A stretch of DNA of 64,000 nt from Octopus sinensis. Its lineage: Eukaryota. The translations under genes and the position numbers were made by a program. The stretch covers positions 115,382,001-115,446,000 of the forward strand of contig NC_043001.1 in assembly GCF_006345805.1 (NCBI RefSeq). The letters run 5' to 3'. The notes under the pieces were generated by a model that did no database searches, had not been told where the DNA came from, and saw only the letters and a program-made list of their open reading frames with translations. Position 1 is the first letter of the stretch, and every line of letters starts with the position of its first letter. Shown here piece after piece: positions 1-10,463 of the stretch.

Positions 1-691
1 ACAAGAATCAATGAATGTGTTTGACCGGAAGCTAATGACACTGTAGTATTCAGATTACAAGCGGGAAGCTCAAATATCTCTCGAAATAAAACAACAATCA
101 TGGCTTTCTTAGTCATTTTAGACTTTCGGCAACGAATTGGAAGTGGTTCAAACGGTAATTAAATCGCCAAAGTAATTAGCAGCCATGTTTAAAATACACA
201 GAGAAATTAAAAGGGAACTATCATTAATACGTAGTACAGAGAACCTTTTCGTTCACAAAGTCTTCTTTTCAATGCGAGTCACAAGAGAAGCGAGCTGAGC
301 TAATGCAACATATTTCTTTCCGGCGTTTTATTAGCAGCCACTCATTGCCAGAAATTCCTATAGAAATCCACTTTCCAGGAATAGAGTTCTGGTTTAGAGT
401 TACAGCTAGAAGAGTCTACATTTTGATTTGACTTTTATGTAATCCGTTGATGAATGAGACATGTGACACCTCTCATTCGCCATTGCTCTTCATATTATGA
501 CAGGAATTTTTGCTTCGGTTTGTTTTTGTTTTTTATTGTTTTTCATTTTGTTTTTGGTTTTTTTTCTTGTTTTTTTTTGTTTTCAGCTTAGAAAACCTAA
601 CTGCAATTAAATGGCTATCTAGAAGGAATTAGTAGATGACACCAGCAGACATGCGACACCTGAGCTCAGTTCAGACGGATCAGTGCAAACA

Positions 692-793
692 AATAATTAA
701 CGGCACTCCGTCGGTTACGACGACGAGCGTTCCAGTTGGTCCGATTAACAGAAGAGACTGCTCATAAGATTAACATACAAGTGATTGAGCACT

Positions 794-831
<38 letters not shown>

Positions 832-1030
832 TCTTAACGTAGTTCTCAGGGAATGTGATAAGGCTAGCTTCTTAGAATTACTAGTAAAACGCATTTTGAC
901 CAGTTGGGTGGTCAGGAACAACGTGAAATAAAGTGTGTTGCTCAAGGACACAACATGTCGCCAGAAATCGAACTCGCGAACTTGCGACCGTGAGCCGAAT
1001 ACACTAACCCCTAAACTACGTTCTTCGCAA
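692..1030 (-). mobile_element. tRNA-derived SINE (diverged) with internal (CA)n
   Basis: The minus strand near 1030 reads as a tRNA-like head (A/B-box-like: ggggttagtg ... gagttcgatttc). The body is homologous to the copy at 3944-4250. Confidence 0.7.
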
Positions 1031-1529
1031 ACAATAATAATAACTCCCAATAGAGACAATAGGCCACACACACACTTTATGGTGAGGTACAGTCGATTAA
1101 ATCGACAGCACTTGATCGCGACAGTGAATTAACCGAGTCATTAGAAGCATATATGTTCTAGTTATTATCAATCTAGGTTCAAATTGCATGGAAGCGAACT
1201 TCTTTTATTCTTCCAGGGAAAGATTTTTTTTATTAGTCCTAGGTGGTAGATTGGCGCATCTGTTAGGTCGTCGCAGTATTTGTTTCAGCCTCTTCACGTT
1301 CTGTGTTCAAATACTACTGAGTTCAACATTGCGTTTCATCTTTCAGGGGTCGATTAAATGAAGTACCAGTGTAGAGCCGTAAATTAATAGAATGTTGAAC
1401 AAACTACTTAGTAGTGATTGGGCCGAATTTTAACATTTCAGGTCAAATCTCACGGACGTCAACTTTTCCTTTCATCCTTCCAGCGTCAATAAAATGAAGA
1501 ACCATTGTAAGCATTGGAGCAATTGTTTG

Positions 1530-1625
1530 AATGGAGACTACAGCAGAAGACACTTGCCCAAAGTGTCACGCAGTGGGACTGAACCCGGAACCATGTGGTT
1601 ACGAAGCAAACTTCTCACCACACAG
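1530..1625 (-). mobile_element. Partial copy (head) of the dominant tRNA-derived SINE family
   Basis: agaagacacttgcccaaagtgtcacgcagtgggactgaacccggaaccatgtgg matches the copies at 7536, 21285, 33390 and 42183. Confidence 0.8.
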
Positions 1626-1631
1626 CAACTT

Positions 1632-1681
<50 letters not shown>

Positions 1682-2187
1682 TCTCTCTCTCTCTCTCTCT
1701 CACACTCACCATCTGTATGTGTGTGTGCATATATATATACATATATATACAGGTCTATATTTTTAAATGTCTTACTTTGAAAAATTGCATTCGGTGGGAT
1801 TAGTAATATTTTTGGTAGAAATGACTGATTGTCCCTCTTAGCGTTTGGCATGTATGTATAATGCCGTCTGGCATGTATGTATAATGCCCTCTATATATAA
1901 ATTAATATGTTCAATAAGAAATAATTATTTTCGAAATTTTTCTCTCTTATGAGGTTTTTACGCTATCTACCTGACAATTTCTTGTTAAGTTTTCCTTATT
2001 AAGTAGTTGTCCTTAATTGCTAATTTTTATTCCGAAAAAACTTTTCCTCTCCCGAAATGCAATTCGTAAAAGTTTGCCATTTACCCGGATGTAATATATG
2101 TAAACTCACCCATGTGCTTCGTTGATGTTGATCAGTTAGCTGATCGGCTTAAGCGGGGCAGGGTCGTTGTTTATTTATAATACATTC

Positions 2188-2235
2188 AGGCCTGCTGATG
2201 ATTACGTAAGTATGAAATCACTGTGATACAGGTCT
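2188..2235 (+). ncRNA. Type I hammerhead ribozyme, copy 1 (predicted cleavage 2228/2229)
   Basis: aggcctg-CTGATGA-ttacgtaagtat-GAA-Atcactgtga-T-A|caggtct. Stem I aggcctg/caggtct is 7 bp with one G-U. Stem II is tac-gtaa-gta. Stem III is ATCAC-T-GTGAT. The site is AUA. Confidence 0.88.
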
Positions 2236-2666
2236 ATATTTTTAAATGCCTTACTTTGAAAAATTGCATTCGGTGGATTAGTAATATTTTTGGTAGAAAT
2301 GGACTGATTGTCCCTCTTAGCGTTTGGCATGTATGTATAATGTCTTCTGGCATGTATGTATAATGCCCTCTATATATAATTAATATGTTCAATAAGAAAT
2401 AATTATTTTCGAAATTTTTTCTCTTATGAGGTTTTTACGCTATCTATCCCCTGACAATTTTTTGTTAAGTTTTCCTTATTAAGTAGTTGTCCTTAATTGC
2501 TAAATTTTTATTCCGAAAAAACTTTTCCTCTCCCGAAATGCATTCGTAAAAGTTTGCCATTTACCCGGATGTAATATATGTAAACTCACCCATGTGCTTC
2601 GTTGATGTTGATCAGTTAGCTGATCGGCTTAAGCGGGGCAGGGTCGTTGTTTATTTATAATACCTC

Positions 2667-2714
2667 AGGCCTGCTGATGATTACGTAAGTATGAAATCAC
2701 TGTGATACAGGTCT
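2667..2714 (+). ncRNA. Type I hammerhead ribozyme, copy 2 (predicted cleavage 2707/2708)
   Basis: Motif identical to copy 1. Confidence 0.88.
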
Positions 2715-3135
2715 ATATTTTTAATGCCTTACTTTGAAAAATGCATTCGGTGGGATTAGTAATATTTTTGGTAGAAATGACTGATTTCCTCTTAGCGTTT
2801 GGCATGTATGTATAATGTCTTCTGGCATGTATGTATAATGCCCTCTATATATAATTCTATGTTCAATAAGAAATAATTATTTTCGAAATTTTTTCTCTTA
2901 TGAGGTTTTTACGCTATCTACCTGACAATTTTTTGTTAAGTTTCCTTATTAAGTAGTTGTCCTTATTGCTAAATTTTTATTCCGAAAAAAATTTTCCTCT
3001 CCCGAATGCAATTCGTAAAAGTTTGCCATTTACCCGGATGTAATATATGTAAACTCACCCATGTGCTTCGTTGATGTTGATCAGTTAGCTGATCGGCTAA
3101 GCGGGGCCGGGTCGTTGTTTATTTATAATACATTC

Positions 3136-3183
3136 AGGCCTGCTGATGATTACGTAAGTATGAAATCACTGTGATACAGGTCT
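3136..3183 (+). ncRNA. Type I hammerhead ribozyme, copy 3 (predicted cleavage 3176/3177)
   Basis: Motif identical to copy 1. Confidence 0.88.
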
Positions 3184-3607
3184 ATATTTTTAAATGTCTT
3201 ACTTTGAAAAATTGCATTCGGTGGGATTAGTAATATTTTTGGTAGAAATGACTGATGTCCCTCTTGCGTTTGGCATGTATGTATAATGTCTTCTGGCATG
3301 TATGTATAATGCCCTCTATATATAAATTAATATGTTCAATAAGAAAATTATTTTCGAAATTTTTTCTCTTATGAGGTTTTTACGCTATCTACCTGACAAT
3401 TTCTTGTAAGTTTTCTTATTAAGTAGTTGTCCTTAATTGCTAAATTTTTATTCCGAAAAAACTTTTCCTCTCCCGAAATGCAATTCGTAAAAGTTTGCCA
3501 TTTACCCGGATGTAATATATGTAAACACCCATGTGCTTCGTTGATGTTGATCAGTTAGCTGATCGGCTTAAGCGGGGCAGGGTCGTTGTTTATTATATAA
3601 TACATTC

Positions 3608-3654
3608 AGGCCTGCTGATGATTACGTAGTATGAAATCACTGTGATACAGGTCT
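3608..3654 (+). ncRNA. Type I hammerhead ribozyme, copy 4 (predicted cleavage 3647/3648)
   Basis: Same motif with a 1-nt deletion in the stem II loop (ttacgtagtat). Confidence 0.85.
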
Positions 3655-3805
3655 ATATTTTTAAATGTCTTACTTTGAAAAATTGTATTCGGTGGGATTA
3701 GTAATATTTTTGGTAGAAATGACTGATTGTCCCTCTTAGCGTTGGGCATGTATGTATAATGTCTTCTGGCATGTATGTATAATGCCCTCTATATATAAAT
3801 TTATT

Positions 3806-3870
<65 letters not shown>

Positions 3871-3943
3871 TATATACATGGCCGCAATCCAATGACTGAA
3901 ACAATTAAAAATATAGATATATATATATATATGTTATATATAT

Positions 3944-4250
3944 AGGAGCACTCCATCGGTTACGACGACGAGGCTCTCAGCTGATACGATCAACAGAACA
4001 GACTGCTCGTGAAATTTACGTGCAAGTGACTGAGCAATCCACAGACGTTCTCGGGGAGATTCAGCGTAACACAGAGAGTGACAAGGCCGACCCTTTGAAA
4101 TACAGGTACAACTCATTTTTGCCAGCTGGGTAGACAGGAGCAAAGGGAAATAAATTGTCTTGCTCAAGGACACACGCTTCGCCGGGAATCGAACTCACGA
4201 CCTTACAATCGTGAGCCGAATGCCCTAACCACTAAGCCACGCGCCTTCAC
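3944..4250 (-). mobile_element. tRNA-derived SINE
   Basis: Minus-strand head aggcgcgtggcttagtggttagggcattcggctcacgattgtaaggtcgtgagttcgattcccgg has A and B boxes and is followed by a CORE-like segment. Confidence 0.8.
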
Positions 4251-4272
4251 ACACACACAAACACACACACCA

Positions 4273-4332
<60 letters not shown>

Positions 4333-4333
4333 T

Positions 4334-4372
<39 letters not shown>

Positions 4373-4460
4373 TTTTTAATCTTTAGTGTGTGTATACACA
4401 CTCACACACACACATATACACATACGAGCATACATATGTACAAACACAACGAGAGCCATC

Positions 4461-4816
4461 CTTTTATTCTTCTATTTGTTTCAGTCATTTGACTGCGGCC
4501 ATACTGGACCACCGCCTTCAATCGAGCTAATCAACCCCAGGATTTATTCTTTACAAGCCAAGTATTTATTCTATCAGTCTCTTTTGCCGAACCGCTAAGT
4601 TATGGGGACGTAATCACACCAACGTATATATATATACGACAGACTTATTTCAGTTTCCGTCTACCAATTCCACTCTCAAGGCTTTATTCGGCCCGAGGCT
4701 AATAGTAGAAGGAGAAGTAATAGTAGAAGATAGTAGAAGGTGCCACGCAGTGAAACTGAACTCGGAACCATGTGGTTGGGAAGCAAGCTTCTTACCAGAC
4801 AGCCACTCCTGCGTCT
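4461..4816 (-). mobile_element. Dominant tRNA-derived SINE, near full length
   Basis: Colinear with 7536-7948 and 33390-33804. Confidence 0.85.
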
Positions 4817-4893
4817 ATATAAACATATATTCTTGCAAACGTTCTTATATATACACATATCTGTGCATGAAGAATTAAGACAGACAGACAGGC

Positions 4894-4927
<34 letters not shown>

Positions 4928-4980
<53 letters not shown>

Positions 4981-5149
4981 CAGACTGACAGACAGACAGA
5001 CAGACAGACAGACATACATACATACATACATACATACATACATACATACGTACATGCATGAATGCATACATGAATTTATACAGGAGTTCATGTAGTATAT
5101 GAGCATTTGTGTGGATGTGTATCTACTTGCCTGCGTTTATACTTGTTGG

Positions 5150-5213
<64 letters not shown>

Positions 5214-5374
5214 CAGACTGACAGACAGACAGACAGACAGACAGACATACATACATACATACATACATACATACGTACATGCATGAATGCATACATGAAT
5301 TTATACAGGAGTTCATGTAGTATATGAGCATTTGTGTGGATGTGTATCTACTTGCCTGCGTTTATACTTGTTGG

Positions 5375-5438
<64 letters not shown>

Positions 5439-5440
5439 GA
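4928..5440. repeat. Tandem duplication of a ~225 bp unit bounded by (GATA)n/(GACA)n/(CATA)n
   Basis: The unique stretch catgcatgaatgcatacatgaatttatacaggagttcatg...tacttgttggtag occurs twice (about 5050-5150 and 5275-5376). Confidence 0.9.
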
Positions 5441-5998
5441 GATAGATAAAAAGAACGAAACAAACTAGCAGAAAGGAAGAAGACATCGACTTGTAAGATA
5501 GATTAATGATGATGACTTGAAAATGATGAAAAGCTAATAGAACGAAGCTGACTGTTCAGTTTAGCTTTCGCTCCCATAAGTGCTTTTACCGGTCGTACAT
5601 TTCTCATACATTTCTGAACGGCAAACCACCATCATATATCGGTCAAATAATATTTAATTGAAGTCAAGTTCACTGGAACTGACCCTTGAGGTAATCCATC
5701 TCGAATTCAGACAGGAAGTGAACTCATAATCCGTTTCCATACACACGCATACACATACACACGCACACACACACACGAATATACATGCACGCAAGCATAT
5801 ATATACACACACACACAAATATACATGCCCACAAACATACATATACACACAAAAATATAACTGCACACGTTCACACATAATATAAATACATATGTACATA
5901 CACATACATTCACACACGTGCTCATGCATATACATATACTCACACTTAAACATAAATGTACACGCACATATAAACACGCATACATAAACACACACACA

Positions 5999-6037
<39 letters not shown>

Positions 6038-6171
6038 ACACAAGCACTGTTTTCACTTGCTGGTACTACGTTCCTATTCGTTATTCTGTCTTTCAAAGAA
6101 TGTTTGGTACGCCACCTAGTGGAGAAGTGAGTTCGGTTGAAAATTTTCTCATCCATCAGAAAGTCTACTAT

Positions 6172-6177
6172 CACAAA

Positions 6178-6228
<51 letters not shown>

Positions 6229-6430
6229 CGGCGGTGGTGGTGGTGGTGGTGGTAGTAGTAGTAGTTGTAGTAGTAGTGGTGGTGGTGGTGGTGGTGGTGG
6301 TTGTGATGATGGTGGCGGTGTGGTGGCGGTGGCGGTGGCGGTGGTGGTGGTGGTCGTCGTCAATGTCGTCATCTTCGTCGTCATCGTCGTCATCTTCGTC
6401 GTCGTCGTTGTACAAGTAGTAGCAGCAGCA
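6172..6430. repeat. Compound trinucleotide microsatellite (TAG/TGG/TCG/CAG)
   Basis: Read directly from the sequence. It explains the poly-S/G/V/T ORFs in the track. Confidence 0.95.
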
Positions 6431-6704
6431 GTAGTTCTTTTGTTTGATATTTTATCCCAATTGTTTATTTCTGTGACTGTTGGCGTCGTTGTTGTTGCAG
6501 CTGTTACTTGAAATGACATTATGAGACAAGAGATAGAATAAACAGTGTTGCATGGCTTGATGATATCACAGTAGTATGTATACGTTGTAATTTTAGCGTA
6601 GTATTGCGTAATCCGATGTAATGCGGGGAAGGTAACCCCAAAACATCGGATTACGACATAGTTTAATCGTGTAGGTTGATGTTATTCTTTTTTAGCTGTT
6701 TCGT

Positions 6705-6773
<69 letters not shown>

Positions 6774-7535
6774 GGAAGGATGGATATATCGAGCAGACAT
6801 AAAGCTATGCCCCAAACCATTCCAGCATGACCTTCCTCCCCTGATACATTTGCATCAAGGATAATAGGATCCAATATGTCCTTGCATTTTTGAAGATGAG
6901 AGAGATGATTTGAGAGAAATTTGGCTGCCATCTCTAACAGGATGAACGACTATATAGAGGCTCTTTCTTTGGTGCAGACAACTGTGATAGAAATGCGACA
7001 TGGCCACACTGGTTTGGTTCTGGACTTCCTAATACAGAAGTCAATTCTACTCAGTGGAGTCCAAGCTTAAATTAATTTTGTTTAAGTGCACTGTTAATGA
7101 CCCTGGTAATGGTAACAATCTTATATATTTAAATTACATGGTTTTGTAACGAGTAAAAAAGAAATATGATATTTCAATTATGTATTTGGTTTGCAAGGTT
7201 CTTTATATGAACTCATGTGCTGACCTGGAGCAGAGAGAGCAAGTCATTGAAGAGGTTACGAATGACAACTACAGGATTTTGACAAACATATCTAATTGAT
7301 GGATTAACTGAATGATTACTCAAACAATCGATTAGTTAACTAGTTAAATAGTTAAACAATTGACGGAAAATAAAGAAACAGAACTAGTGTGTCTGTTTAT
7401 TATTGGCATTATGACCTTCCCATGAAATAAGGAAAAATGATAATCTTATGTGTAATGGATGTAAAGTAGATATATCTACGTATGTAACCAAAACAATGTT
7501 TTGGCTGACGTAGGCGGGATTTAAAATTTAAAGAC

Positions 7536-7948
7536 AGTGGCTGTGTGGTAAGTAGCTTGCTTGCCAACCACATGGTTCCGGGTTCAGTCCCACTGCGTGG
7601 CACATTAGCCAAGTGTCTTCTACTATAGCCTTGGGCCGACCAAAGGTTTGTGAGTGGATTTGGTAGACAGAAACTGAAGGAAGCCCGTCGTAAATATGTA
7701 TATATATATATATGTGTGTGTGTGTGTTTGTGTGTGTTTGTGTGTCTGTGTTTGTCCCCCCAACATTGCTTGACAACCGATGGTGGTGTGTTTACGTCCC
7801 CGTAACCTAGCAGTTCGGAAGAAGAGACCGATAGAATAAGTACTAGGCTTACAAAGAATAAGTCCTGGGGTCGATTTGCTCGACTAAAGGCGGTGCTCCA
7901 GCATGGCCGCAGTCGCATGTCTGAAACAAGTAGAAGAGTAAAAGAGTA
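7536..7948 (+). mobile_element. Dominant tRNA-derived SINE, full length, with internal TA/TG microsatellite and (aagagta) tail
   Basis: A-box-like gtggctgtgtggtaag, B-box-like ggttcagtccc, CORE-like tggcacattagccaagtgtctt, and a conserved 3' part shared with more than 10 copies in the window. Confidence 0.9.
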
Positions 7949-8046
7949 ATAACTAAATAACACTTGGAATATTGTGAGGTACTTAACCACTTCCGCTAAT
8001 TCACCAGCAATGCTGGTTACACATGTAATAATAATAAAAATATATA

Positions 8047-8444
8047 TCTTTATATATAAAAGTGAAGTTGTGTGTCTGTCTTCTACGATGTAGATTCGTA
8101 ACTACTCCCACATTTTACGGTGCAGTTTAACCAAAACCGGGTATCTTATAGTCGTGATTCATATCGAGCCCTTCAGGGTATTAGCGCGCGTCTACGATGA
8201 GTCTACGATTTAAAAAAAAATTTACCATAATTTTTTTCCATTTTAATGCATTTTTTTTCGCTATTATATAAGGGAAGTAACTCTCTAAAAATGTCTACGA
8301 TGAGTCAACGATTTAAAAAAAATTTACCATCATTCTTTTTCCATTTTTTGTGCATCTTTTGCTATTTTTGGGCTATAACTCTCTAAAAATGCTTATATAG
8401 TTATTTCCCTTACAAACCCGAGCGACGCCGGGCGATACTGCTAG
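8047..8444 (+). mobile_element. Non-autonomous Helitron
   Basis: 5' TCTTTATATATAAAAG, 3' hairpin cccgagcgacgccggg followed by CTAG, inserted between A and T. A second copy lies at 52116-52504. Confidence 0.88.
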
Positions 8445-8913
8445 TTCATTATAAAAGATATTTAAATAGTGATTTCTTTTTTATATATTTTTTTCTGCTA
8501 CAAAAGAATACCCAAATTCCCAACGGTAGAATAAGAGGTTGAAGACTTATGTTCACAAGGGCTGAACTGGCTGAAGGGGACAATACCACATGGACTGGTT
8601 TACAAGGAGCAGGCTAAGCAACACCTTAGCTGACGGCAATCCATTGTTGTCTCATCGCCTTATTCTGTATACATAATTTCATATGTGCTTCAGAAGGTGT
8701 TTTTAGACCACAGTACGTAGGTCACTTCCAGGCAGGTCGGGATCTACCCCAATAAAAACAATGTCAGAGGTATAGATCCTTACTCATGGAACTACATCGA
8801 ACAAAGAAAAACTCGGAAACGAGGAGCCTACGATATATATGCATGTGTATATGTGTGGATGTGTATTTGAATATGTATTTTTCCATGTATATGTTTATAT
8901 GTTATATATATAC

Positions 8914-9036
<123 letters not shown>

Positions 9037-9139
9037 AATAGTGTCAAGGACCTATAATCCTTTGAGGGATGTTAGCATCCTAGTTCTCCGGTTTATACCA
9101 GTGTTCAGTGAAAACCATATATATGTGTGTGTGTTGCAT

Positions 9140-9188
<49 letters not shown>

Positions 9189-9325
9189 AGATCAATAAAT
9201 GGAGGGGTTGTGTTGACCGCACGTGGAGAAATGATAAGCAAGGAAAAATTGTAAAAATGCAGAATGCACAAATGAAAGAAAATTTTAATGAAATGAGAAA
9301 TTGATAAAATATATAAATATATATT

Positions 9326-9368
9326 TATTCAAACCGGTTTTCGTCATTGTGTGACTTGTCAAGAAATA
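9326..9368 (-). ncRNA. Type I hammerhead-like motif with U3-A8 variant core
   Basis: tatttc-TTGACAA-gtc-acacaat-gac-GAA-Aaccggt-T-T|gaata. Stem III is the palindrome AACCGGTT. Confidence 0.6.
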
Positions 9369-9706
9369 TTTAGGCTAAAAAGTTTTTTAAAAATTAGAAA
9401 GGGGAAAAAATAAAATTGCATTGTTTTTTGCAAAAGAATAATAATAAATATGTACAAGAATTTAAAAAGTTATGCCAACATCCTTAATTAAACCAAACAA
9501 CACATGCTCTTAATCCCATTGGATCCTAATACCTCAAAGTAATTTTTTCGTGAACAATCATTAAACTCAAGATACACAACGAACTCACAATGTATCGGAG
9601 TACTTATTTTTTAATTCTTGTACATATTTATTATTATTCTTTTGCAAAAAACAATGCAATTTTCTTTTTTCCCCTTTCTAATTTTTAAAAAACTTTTTAA
9701 CCTAAA

Positions 9707-9749
9707 TATTTCTTGACAAGTCACACAATTACGAAAACCGGTTTGAATA
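9707..9749 (+). ncRNA. Inverted second copy of the U3-A8 hammerhead-like motif
   Basis: Same motif with one stem II mismatch (gtc/tac). Confidence 0.5.
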
Positions 9750-10030
9750 AATATATATTTATATATTTTATCAATTTCTCATTTCATTAAAATTTTCTTT
9801 CATTTGAGCATTCTGCATTTTTACAATTTTTCCTTGCTTATATATATAATATATATATATATAATATATATATATATATAATATTTATGAATGAGAAAAG
9901 AAAAAATGGAGAAAATGGGATGCAATATCAATTTTTCGAAGATATTCAAATCCATATAATGACATTCCAGTCCTACAGCTGTTTCCATAGCCAATTAGTC
10001 CAATTCCAGAAGTATATATATATATATTCT

Positions 10031-10420
10031 TTCTTTTATTTGTTTCAGTCATTTAACTGCGGCCATGCTGGAGCACCGCCTTTAGTCGAACAAATCGACC
10101 CCAGGATTTTTCTTTGTAAACCTAGCCGCGGACTTTTTCTATCGGACTCTTTTAATGAACCGCTATATTACGGGGACGTAAACACACTAACATCGATTGT
10201 CAAGCGATGGTGGGGAGACAAACATAGACACACAAACATATATATATATATATATACCTCGAACTTCTTTCAGTTTCCGTCTACCAAATCCACTTACAAG
10301 ACTTTGGTCGGTCTGAGGCTATTGTAGAAGACACTTGGTCAAAGGTGCCGCGCAGTGAAACTGAACCCGGAACTATGTGGTTGGTAAGCAAGCTACTTAC
10401 CACACAGTCACTCCTGCGCC

Positions 10421-10421
<1 letters not shown>
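10031..10421 (-). mobile_element. Dominant tRNA-derived SINE, full length
   Basis: Colinear with 7536-7948. Confidence 0.88.

Positions 10422-10462
<41 letters not shown>

Positions 10463-10463
<1 letters not shown>

Larger units (their letters stand above)
1750..3801 (+). mobile_element. Retrozyme-like tandem array: about 4.3 copies of a ~475 bp non-coding unit with one hammerhead ribozyme per unit, inserted in (TA)n
   Basis: Units cut at the predicted cleavage sites: 1750-2228 (479), 2229-2707 (479), 2708-3176 (469), 3177-3647 (471), partial 3648-3801. Units are near-identical, have no long ORF and are flanked by TA runs. Confidence 0.85.
9190..9841. mobile_element. Penelope-like pseudo-LTR fragment with a ~230 bp inverted duplication, in (TA)n
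   Basis: 9234-9468 is the reverse complement of 9606-9841. Each arm carries a hammerhead-like motif, and there are TA runs on both sides. Confidence 0.7.

Noticed and set aside
560-690. Polypyrimidine tract plus CAG resembling a splice acceptor
   Set aside because: No open frame reaches a donor site and no protein is recognisable.
5707-6519. 270-aa ORF and the many IYIY/CVCV/poly-T/poly-I ORFs across the window
   Set aside because: These are translations of microsatellites.
8690-8750. Minus-strand ctggaagtgacc...ggtctaaaa resembling a hammerhead
   Set aside because: Both core halves deviate, and there is no stem I or III support.
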